Source of the DNA: Centroscyllium fabricii
Taxonomy: Eukaryota
Direction: 5' to 3'
Length of the DNA: 64,000 nucleotides
Assembly: GCA_051313645.2 (NCBI GenBank)
Contig: JBNRSN020000003.1
Coordinates: 251,472,001-251,536,000, forward strand
Positions 24,328 to 33,739 of this stretch are shown here, piece by piece (positions within the stretch are counted from its first letter, which is position 1; every line of letters starts with the position of its first letter). The notes under the pieces are model-generated. The model was not told where the DNA came from. It was given only the letters and a program-made list of their open reading frames with translations, and did not search any database. The position numbers were made by a program, and so were the translations under genes.

Positions 24328-26144
24328 TGTGAAGGAATAGCCATATTCAGAAAAATTCACCATCCTATGAAATATTCTGGCTTTAAAACATAACAAACTG
24401 GGCTTGGAAATTTGGAAGCCTCAACAATTTAAAGCTGTGAACAGCATACAGGCTTTTGAGATAAGATAAGTTGTTGACACTGAGACAATAGCCTTATTGA
24501 AGTAGAAGATTAGAGGTTCCAGGAAGTCTGCACCTTGGAAAGAACATAATGATATATACCCTGTTTACGTGTTTTAAACCAACACTTTGGAAAGAAACAC
24601 ATAAATTAAAGAAACATATTCCTTTGTAAAAATAACATCAAATGAAACACAGAGACAGGAGTCTGTAATATAACCAGTCGAGGTGTTCTAAATGCAAAAG
24701 ATACAACAGAAAACCTTGATAAGAATGACATCAACTAGATACATCTGCTCCACATTGTTTTTAGGATAAGCTTTGAACATCTAAAGGCAGAGACACAAGT
24801 CTGCTTGCTACAAGCTGATCTTACAGTAAGCGTAGCAGTGGTCAACAGAAACATTACTATAGATAATTAGCTTACATCAGCAGAAAACTTCAAAGGATAT
24901 ACAGGGACACAGCCCTGTATCCGGAAACCTCGGGGCCTGGCGGGTATTGGTTTTCGGATAATTTTGTTTTTTAGAGTTGGACCAGTGAGCATGCGCATTT
25001 CCGTGTTTGTGGCTCAGTTCGCAGTCGGAATATATATGAAATATCCATGAAAATAACTTTACCAAAGATGACATTTATCAACATACAACGATGGTCCTTT
25101 TTCAATTACTTTTAAACAAAGCGCGGAATCGTAGAGATAGGTACTGATTCTCCCACGGGCCCGGGAATATAGGCAATTCATTCAGAGGAAAATCCATGTT
25201 GTACCTTGGTGGAAAGATTACACAAGTGAAACTGCGGGTTGTGGTGAGCAGGATCGGTGATGCGGGCTGCACGGCTGGGACAATCGTTGCCAGGGAGATG
25301 CATAGCCTCAGCTCACATGGCGCGAGTACGCACGCTCTACAAGCGGGAACGGCATATCGGCCACAACAACAGAAAACGCTGGAGAAACTCAGCAGGCCAG
25401 GCAGCATTGGTGGAGAGAGGAGCAGAGTTGACGTTTCAGGCATGTCGGCCATTTGGAACAGGTGATCGCCCGTTTTTTTCCTGCTGTGGAGGTGCCGGTG
25501 TTGGACTGGGGTGGACAAATGTAAGAAGTCACACAACACCAGGTTATAGTCCAACAGTTTTATTTGAAATCACAAGCTTTTGGAGCACTGCTCCTTCCTC
25601 AGCACGGCATCAACAGCACAAACTCAAGGTAAAAACATATTTTTTCTGCTGCAGCTGGTCACTTCCTTCAATTTATTTAAGAAAAGAATGGTTATTTTGG
25701 CGCAACCCTGGACTTCGGTTTTTGGAGCTTTTCGGTTTTTGGAGTTGCGGATAAAGGATTGTGTACCTGTACCACGGCACAAACAGTATAAAAATTGGAC
25801 TTTCAAATGGGAAGACAGATTTGCTTGAAGGGGCAAAGCGATTCTCAGGCTTCAGAGGCAAGCTCTGTAAGTCTTTAACTCTTTGTATCTCGGAGATCAA
25901 GGTACTTGTATTTGATTTTGGTGGATATCCTGGAATAAGTTTAAGAAATGTAAAAATCTGGAGGATGGTAACATCTTCAGTCTGTTCCTTTCCTTTAGGC
26001 AGAGATAGTCTGGACCTTTAGCCCCAATTAAGCATCTTAAAGAATTCAGCTACCTCTAACTTTAGTTGAAAGTGAACGTCTGGGGAATACACCTGATCTG
26101 GGGTAGCCTGAAAGGGGCTAGGACTAGTAATAATTCCTTTCACA
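24328..26144 (+). repeat. Solo LTR of the foamy-like ERV family, with internal deletions and a MITE insertion
   Basis: TGTGAAGGAATAGCCATATTC ... AATTCCTTTCACA. Colinear with the reverse complement of 45004-46463. TATA at 25787, GTAAGT at 25867. No clean TSD. Confidence 0.8.
24902..25769. mobile_element. Tc1/mariner (Tigger/pogo-like) MITE carrying Penelope end fragments
   Basis: TA-CAGGGACACAGCCCTGTATCCG ... CGGATAAAGGATTGTGTACCTG-TA. The empty site is visible in the other LTR copy at about 45672. Internal 25370-25605 matches the Penelope ends at 7200-7290 and 57240-57320. Confidence 0.8.
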
Positions 26145-26756
26145 TCTGCATTTGATCTTAGCCATTATCTTCTGTCCCTTACTGCCACCAGTGCAACATC
26201 ACATCAGCTGCAATGGTCAAGTGACTCTTTTCCCAAGTCATCATGGTAAATTTTAATTGTTTCCACAAGTATATTATTGGATGACTTATATGTTTGAGTA
26301 TAGACTTAATGGTACTGAAAACAAGGCACCATTGGGTTAAAAGCAACCATACATGCTTACTGCAACAAACCTGTCTAAAATGCTTTTACATTCAACCATG
26401 TAAACTTAGTCCATTGCATTGTTACTTGACTAAGATCACTATGAGCTATTTCAGCTCTGCCCGATAATATCTAAGATTGACCACCACACATTTAGCTGAC
26501 AATCTTTTGAACAGGGAAGGCAAATCTTTATTAGGATGATTTCAAGCAAACAGTAGAAAGTGCATTCAAATTTCTTCCAAAACCCTAATGACTAATTGCA
26601 GCCAGCCACAGGATCTTTCCATCACTTAAGACTTTGCATGAAATGAAATGTTGCTGTCAAGAGTGGTATCTTAGAAGAGTGAAGCTATTCATGAATAAGA
26701 GTTCATTGGCTTGATAATTAAAGTAAAAAAGAAAGGTCATTGATAAAGTCAATCAG

Positions 26757-27000
26757 CAGTAAGAAAGACTTTATATTCATATAGCAACTTTCCTGTCCTT
26801 AGGATGTTCCAAAGCGCTTCACAGCCAATGAAATACTTTTGAAGTGTAGTCACTGTTGTAATGTAGGCAAACACGGCATGAGCTCATTGAATGGCAGAAC
26901 ATGCACAAGGGGCTGAATGGCCTACTCCTGTTCCTATATTCCAGACAATTTGCATTGAGGGAAGTCCCACAAACAGCAATGAGATAAATGATCAGATATC
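26757..27000 (-). mobile_element. Deu-SINE 3' fragment
   Basis: Reverse complement of the 54900-55080 tail (CCTACATTACAACAGTGACTACACTTCAAA..GTGAAGCGCTTTGG). Confidence 0.65.
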
Positions 27001-27968
27001 TGTAGATAAGTAGTTGATATTGTCTTGGCCAGTAGTTATATTAAATAGATGCAAGGAGAGATCATGCAGCAAAAGAAACATGCTCAGAATTGTTGCCAGG
27101 GTGGTGACATTTTTTTATCAGCATTCTTAGCCAGCTTGTCAGGGCCTCGTTCCCCGTTATCTTAGAACACCAATCAGGATAGGACTAAGGATACAAGGAG
27201 AAGACAGGAAAACCAACCGACAGTGCATTGGTAAAAACATGTATTTGGTTGGGGAGAGTGAACAGCATTAGGAGGTGTTTTGGGAGTCAGTATCTGTACT
27301 ACAGGATTGAATTTTTATTTTAGTGTTGTGGCATCATAGAATTATAGAATCATAGAATAATACAGCACAGAAGGCGACCATTTGGCCTATTGTGCCTGTG
27401 CCCACTCTTTGATAGAGCAATCCAATTAGTCCCACTTCCCTGCTCTTTCTCCATAGCCCTGCAAATGATTACTTTTCAAATATATATCCAATTCCCTTGT
27501 GAAAGTTACTATTGAATTTGCTTCCACCATCCTTTCATTGTCAGCTAGAAGCTGGGGCATGAATGAGCAGGACAAAAAGGCTTAGTTTGGTCCTTTGGCT
27601 TTTTTTGTTTTTGGAATGTGGGAAACATTGGCAAGGCCATATTTATTTGCGAGGCCACTTCAGAGGGTATCAAGAGTAAACCACATAATATGAACTGGAG
27701 TCACATGTGGCAGTATCCTTTTCCCATTAGTGAACCCGGTGGTGTTTTATAACAATACGGCTTGGATGGTTAATTTTCTGCTGCTAGCCCATAAATTGCT
27801 GTACTGATTGATTTAAATTTCACAGCTTGCCATAGTAGGATATCAACTTGCAACTTCTAATCATAGATACATAGATACATAGATACATAGATGATAGGAG
27901 CAGGAGTAGGCCATTCGGCCCTTCGAGCCTGCTCCGCCATTCAATGAGATCATGGCTGATCCTTCAGT

Positions 27969-30872
27969 TCAGTATCCCGTCCCTGCCTTCTCTCCGTAAC
28001 CTTTAACCCCTTTTGCCTGCAGAAATATATCTAATTCCCTCTTAAATATATTCAATGAGCTGGCGTCCACTGCCCTCTGTGGTAGTGAGTTCCACAGGTT
28101 CACCACTCTCTGGGTGAAGAAATTCCTCCTCATCTCTGTCCTAAATGGTTTAGCCCTTATCCTTAAACTGTGTCCCCTAGTTCTGCACTCTCCTGCCATC
28201 GGAAACATTCCTTCTGCATCTAGTCTGTCCAGGCCTGTCAGAATTTTATATGTTTCTATGAGATCCCCTCTCAATCTTCTAAACTCCAGTGTGTACATCC
28301 CCAAACTACATAGTCTCTCCTCATAGGTCATTCCTGCCATTCCTGGTATCAGCCTGGTGAATCGCCGCTGCACTCCTTCCATGGCAAGAACATCCTTCCT
28401 CAGATGAGGCGACCAAAACTGCACACAGTACTCGAGGTGTGGTCTCACCAGTGCCCTGTACAGCTGTAGTAAGGTGTCCTTGTTCCTGTATTCTAACCCT
28501 TTTGATATGAAGGCCAGCATACCATTTGCCTTCCTGACCGCCTGTTGCACCTGCATGCTCGCCTTCAATGACTGGTGCACAAGAACACCCAGGTCTCTCT
28601 GTACTTCCCCATCTCCCAATCTATTGCCATTTAAATAATAATTTGCCCTCCCATTTTTGCCCCCAAGGTGGATAACTTCACACTTGTCCACATTATAGTG
28701 CATTTGCCATGTATCTGCCCAGTCCCCCAATTTGTCCAAATCGCTCTGGAGCTTCCTGATCCCCTCCTCTGAGCCTACCCCCCCTCCTAGTTTAGTGTCG
28801 TCTGCGAATTTGGAGATGCTGCATCCGATTCCCTGATCTAGGTCATTAATATAAATTGTGAACAGCTGGGGACCCAGGACAGATCCCTGAGGTACCCCAC
28901 TTGTTACTGCCTGCCATTCAGAAAATGAGCCATTTATTCCAACTCTCTGTTTTCTATCTGCCAGCCAGTTCTCTATCCACGTCAATACTTTTCCCCTTAT
29001 CCCATGAGCCTTGATTTTACATGCTAATCTTTTATGTGGGACCTTATCGAAGGCTTTTTGGAAGTCCAGGTACACCACATCTACTGGCTCTCCCCCATCT
29101 ATTTTACCAGTTACTTCCTCAAAGAATTCCAATAGATTCGTCAAGCACGATTTACCTTTTGTAAATCCATGTTGACTCTGTCCTATCCTGTCCCCATTTG
29201 CCAAGTGCTCTGCTATTACATCCTTAATGATGGACTCTAGTATTTTGCCCACCACCGATGTAAGGCTTACAGGTCTGTAATTGCCCGCTTTTTCCCTACC
29301 CCCCTTTTTAAATAGTGGGGTAACGTTAGCTACCCTCCAATCCATGGGCACTGTTCCCGAGTCTATCGAATTCTGGAAAATTATCCTTAACGCATCTGCT
29401 ATCTCTAGGGCCACCTCCTTGAGTACCCTAGGATGCATGTTATCAGGCCCTGGGGATTTGTCAGCCTTTAGTCCCTTTAGCTTCCCCAACACCATATCCT
29501 TAGAGATATTGATTTTTGTCAGTTCCTCCCTTGCAATTGTCCCTATGGTTCCTGATATCTCAGGGAGGTTTTTTGTGTCTTCCTTTGTGAAGGCAGACCC
29601 AAAATATGCATTTAATTGGTCTGCCATTTCCTTATTTCCCATTATATATTCCCCAGAATCTAACTGTAATGGACCGACTTTGGATTTCACCAGTCTTTTC
29701 CTCTTAATATACTTGTAAACGCTTTTGGAGTTAGTTTTTATGTTTGCCGCAAGCTTACTTTCGTACGCTATTTTTCCCCTCCTGATTAATCCCTTTGCCC
29801 TCCTTTGTTGTATCCTAAACTGTTCCCAATCTTCAGGTCTGGTGCTTTTTTTGGCTATTTTATATGCTCTTTCTTTGGATTTTATGCTGTCCCTAATTTC
29901 CCCTGTTATCCACGGTTGAGTCACCTTTTTAGATTTCTTTTTATGCCAGATTGGTATAAACAATTTCTGCAATTCTGCCATTCTGTCTTTAAATGCTTGC
30001 CATTGTTTATCCACCGCCAGTCCCCCCAGAAACGCTGCCCAATCAGACTTACTTAATTCCCGTCTCATGGCATCATAATTCCCCTTATTTAAATTCAGGA
30101 CCTTAGTCTCTGAGTCAGTTTCTTCGCTCTCCATTTCGAGTGAGAATTCGATCATGTTATGATCGCTCTGACCCAAGGGTCCCCGTACAACAAGATTACT
30201 AATTAGTCCCTTCTCATTGCACAGTACCCAGTCTAAGATAGCCTGATCCCGAGTTGGTTCCTCGACATATTGATCCAGATAACCATCCCTTAAACACTCA
30301 AGGAATTCCTCCTCCTCGTTATTTTTACTAATTTGGCTAGTCCAATCTATATGCAAGTTAAAGTCACCTATGATGACAGCTGAGCTCTTATTGCATGCTT
30401 CTCTAATTTCCCTTTTGATGCCCTCCCCTACCTCCATATTACTATTTGGAGGCCTATATACCACTCCTATTAACGTTTTCCGCCCCTTGCTATTTCTTAG
30501 TTCTACCCATATAGATTCCGTATTAACCGAGTTAATATCCTTCCTTTCAATTGCATTTATCCCCTCTTTTACCAGCAATGCTACCCCTCCTCCCTTTCTT
30601 TTTTGTCGATCCTTCCTAAATATTGAATACCCCTGTATGTTAAGTTCCCAGCCTTGCCCATCCTGCAGCCATGTTTCCGTAATCCCAATTAGATCATATT
30701 TGTTTACCTCTATTTCTACTGCTAATTCACCCACCTTGTTCCTAATGCTTCTTGCATTAAGGTATAAAGCCTTCAGGCTTGTTTTTTGCTCACACTTTTT
30801 ATGAATTACTTTGGCCCTTTGTGTATTTTGTTTTTTGTTTCTCACCCTTTTACCATTTAATTCTGGCTGCAT
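27969..30872 (-). CDS. CR1 ORF2: AP-like endonuclease plus reverse transcriptase, intact
   Basis: 967 aa. Endonuclease: YLNARS, GITETW, YRPP, GDFN, SDH. RT: KSPGPD, NYRPVSL, LDFQKAFD, GVPQGSVLGP, FADD. Confidence 0.97.
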   Translation of the reverse strand: MQPELNGKRVRNKKQNTQRAKVIHKKCEQKTSLKALYLNARSIRNKVGELAVEIEVNKYDLIGITETWLQDGQGWELNIQGYSIFRKDRQKRKGGGVALLVKEGINAIERKDINSVNTESIWVELRNSKGRKTLIGVVYRPPNSNMEVGEGIKREIREACNKSSAVIIGDFNLHIDWTSQISKNNEEEEFLECLRDGYLDQYVEEPTRDQAILDWVLCNEKGLISNLVVRGPLGQSDHNMIEFSLEMESEETDSETKVLNLNKGNYDAMRRELSKSDWAAFLGGLAVDKQWQAFKDRMAELQKLFIPIWHKKKSKKVTQPWITGEIRDSIKSKERAYKIAKKSTRPEDWEQFRIQQRRAKGLIRRGKIAYESKLAANIKTNSKSVYKYIKRKRLVKSKVGPLQLDSGEYIMGNKEMADQLNAYFGSAFTKEDTKNLPEISGTIGTIAREELTKINISKDMVLGKLKGLKADKSPGPDNMHPRVLKEVALEIADALRIIFQNSIDSGTVPMDWRVANVTPLFKKGGREKAGNYRPVSLTSVVGKILESIIKDVIAEHLANGDRIGQSQHGFTKGKSCLTNLLEFFEEVTGKIDGGEPVDVVYLDFQKAFDKVPHKRLACKIKAHGIRGKVLTWIENWLADRKQRVGINGSFSEWQAVTSGVPQGSVLGPQLFTIYINDLDQGIGCSISKFADDTKLGGGVGSEEGIRKLQSDLDKLGDWADTWQMHYNVDKCEVIHLGGKNGRANYYLNGNRLGDGEVQRDLGVLVHQSLKASMQVQQAVRKANGMLAFISKGLEYRNKDTLLQLYRALVRPHLEYCVQFWSPHLRKDVLAMEGVQRRFTRLIPGMAGMTYEERLCSLGMYTLEFRRLRGDLIETYKILTGLDRLDAEGMFPMAGECRTRGHSLRIRAKPFRTEMRRNFFTQRVVNLWNSLPQRAVDASSLNIFKRELDIFLQAKGVKGYGEKAGTGY

Positions 30873-30919
30873 TTTGCTTTCCTCTTTTTCACTACATAGG
30901 TTCCTAGCCCCCTGCCATA

Positions 30920-31866
30920 CTAGTTTAAATGCTCCCGAACTGCTTTAGCAAATATTACCCCGAGAACATCAGTTCCATCTCTGCATAGGTGTAGACCGTC
31001 CCTTTTGTATAGGTCACACCTCCCACAGAACTGGTTCCAATGCCTCAAAAATTTAAAACCCTCCCTCTTACACCACTGCTCAAGCCACGTATTCAGCCTC
31101 TCTATCCTGCTCTCTGTATTCTGACTAGCACGTGGCACTGGTAGTAATCCAGAGATTACTACCTTCGAGGTCCTACTTTTCAGCTTAGCTCCTAGCTCCC
31201 TAAATTCTGCTTGTAGGACCTCCTCCCTTTTTTTGGCTACATCGTTGGTACCAACATGTACCACGACAACTGGCTGTTCCCCCTCCCCCCCCCCAGAATT
31301 TTCTGTACCCTCTCCGAGACATCCTTGACCCTTGCACCAGGGAGGCAATATACCATCCTGGAGTCTCGGTCGCGGCCACAGAAACTCCTATCTATTCCCC
31401 TTACGATTGAGTCCCCTATCACTATAGCCCTGCCACTCTTTTTCCCGCCCTTCTTTGCAGCAGAGCCAGTCATGGTGCCATGAGTCTGGCAGCTGGTGCC
31501 TTCCCCTGATGAGTCATCTCCCCCAACAGTACCTAAAACGGTGAACCTGTTTCGAAGGGAGATAACCGCAGGGGATTCCTGCACTACCTTCCTGCCCTTG
31601 TTCCGCCTTTTGGTCACCCATGCCCTGTCTACACTGGACTTTACCTGCGGTGTGACCAACTCACTGAATGTGCTATCCACAACCATCTCAGACTCGTGGA
31701 TGCTCCAAAGTGAGTCCATCCGCCGCTCAAGGGACACCATGCGGTCCCTCAGGAGCTGCAGCTGGACACACTTCCCGCACACATAGTTGTCAGGGACACC
31801 GGAAGTGTCCCTGATTTCCCACATGGCACAGGAGGAGCATGACACAGGTCTGAGCTGTCCTACCAT
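30920..31866 (-). CDS. CR1 ORF1: zinc finger/coiled coil plus SGNH esterase, frameshifted in a homopolymer run at about 31280-31294
   Basis: CSSC..CGKC; IGDS; LPGA; VHVGTND; DGLH. Confidence 0.9.
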
Positions 31867-32247
31867 GACTTAACCCTTATATTACCTTTTAATTTACTAG
31901 TTTTAGCTTATTTCTTAACTTTTACTTCCTGAAGCTACTTTGGCTTATTTATTAACTTTTACTTCCTGAAGCTTACTTTAGACCGATCTATAGAGTACCC
32001 TTCGTTTCCTTTTTAGATTTACTGAATCCCACTACTTTTAGTAGTTTTTAGAAAAGTTTGAGGAAAGTACTCACCAGTCCCTTGCCTTCTGTTGTGAAGG
32101 CTTTCTATGTCCTGGAACCCTTTCCACCTAGGTTGGGCTCCTGAAAATAAAAATAATTTGAACTTACCTTTTTAAAATCACTCTAACCCCCTAAGGTTAG
32201 AGGAGGATGGAAGGGTGGGAAACACTACCACGTAGTGTTTCGGGTTT

Positions 32248-32853
32248 AGCACACAGCTCCCCTTTTATACTGAAAAGAAAGTCCCGCGAGACTTGCCGAG
32301 ACTTGTCCCACCCCCCGCTCCTCGGCGATGCTGCTGAACGGCTTTTAAAAAAGCCCGCGCTGGCTCAGCTCTCCTGGCTCAGTTCCCCTGAAGCAACGGT
32401 AGCTCAGCTCCCCTGGAAGGAAAGGAAAGTTACCTGTCCTTCTCTCCTGGCTCAGCTCCCCTGAAGCAACGGTAGCTCAGCTCCCCTGGAAGGAAAGTTA
32501 CCTGTCCTTTTATCTGCGCCTCAGGCTCCCAGCTGGCTGGACTCTGCGTTGATCAGCACACAGCTCCCCTTTTATACTGAAAAGAAAGTCCCGCGAGACT
32601 TGCCGAGACTTGTCCCGCCCCCCGCTCCTCGGCGACGCTGCTGAACGGCTTTTAAAAAAGCCCGCGCTGGCTCAGCTCTCCTGGCTCAGTTCCCCTGAAG
32701 CAACGGTAGCTCAGCTCCCCTGGAAGGAAAGGAAAGTTACCTGTCCTTCTCTCCTGGCTCAGCTCCCCTGAAGCAACGGTAGCTCAGCTCCCCTGGAAGG
32801 AAAGTTACCTGTCCTTTTATCTGCGCCTCAGGCTCCCAGCTGGCTGGACTCTG
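32248..32853 (-). repeat. Two near-identical 5' UTR monomers (period 307 bp), each with a TATA box
   Basis: 32248-32546 repeats at 32555-32853. TATAAAAGGGGAG on the minus strand near the 3' end of each monomer. Confidence 0.93.
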
Positions 32854-33502
32854 GTATGATAACTACTACACTATGTTATCCATATGTTCAGAATGTTATT
32901 TAATAGTTACATCGAGTTACATAGAGTTACATAGAAAATAGGAGCAGGAGTAGGCCATTCGGCCCCTCGAGCCTGCTCCACCATTCATAGTTCAGCTTGA
33001 ATCGTAACTGAACCCTAAACCTTTATCACAGTGGTGCCCAAAGTGAGTTATACTGAGAGTCAATTGGGACATGAGTACAAAATGGAATATTACAAAGGGG
33101 CTGTTGTTTCTAAAGCTTTCACTCCTCGGATCTAAATTTTCTAATTAAAAGCTACACCATCAGCTGAAACACTACAAGTGTAATATAACGAAGCACAAGA
33201 GATAAGAAACACACTGACATCAGACCTTGACAACTGTATGGCAAATAATCACAGAGATGTAAACATACTTTGGCAGCTGCTTGCCAACTAATCTTAAAAA
33301 AATGTCTGACGAACAATATTCCAATTACAGAATATTAGCTTATCAACATTATAGAGTATTGCACATGATGCCCCTGAGCATCAAACATGCTACAAAGCAA
33401 ATTAGTATTGTAGTTGGGATATGGAGTTATTCATTCATTTCAGTCAAACTTTATTAATAACTAGTACTATGTTATGGAAATGTGACATTTTCAGTGTTTG
33501 TT

Positions 33503-33710
33503 GTAGCAGCCTGCTTGCATTGCTCGCAATAAGGAGCTCCTGGGTTCGAATCATGCTTGCCCCGGGACCTCTCTGCGTAGAGTTTGCATGTTCTCCCCGT
33601 GTTCGTGTGGGTTTCCTCCGGGTACTCCGCTTTCCTCCCACGACCCAAAGACATGCAGGTTAGGTGAATTGGAGATACTAAAAATTGCCCATGAGTATGT
33701 GTGTGAGACA
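33503..33710 (+). mobile_element. V-SINE
   Basis: GGGTTCGAATC B-box; V-domain GAGTTTGCATGTTCTCCCCGTG..GTGGGTTTCCTCCGGG..TTTCCTCCCAC..CCAAAGACATGCAGGTTAGG. Confidence 0.85.
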
Positions 33711-33739
33711 TAGTTCTTGAGCTGGGGGTGTCGGGGGAT

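Larger units (their letters stand above)
27861..32853 (-). mobile_element. Near full-length CR1 (HER1-like) LINE
   Basis: (CTATGTAT)n 3' tail, ORF2, ORF1 and a tandem-repeat 5' UTR; inserted into a decayed SINE head. Confidence 0.96.

Noticed and set aside
32248-32853. CRISPR-like or LTR interpretation of the direct repeats
   Set aside because: Vertebrate context, no spacers and no TG..CA/PBS/PPT; the repeats abut CR1 ORF1 as 5' UTR monomers.
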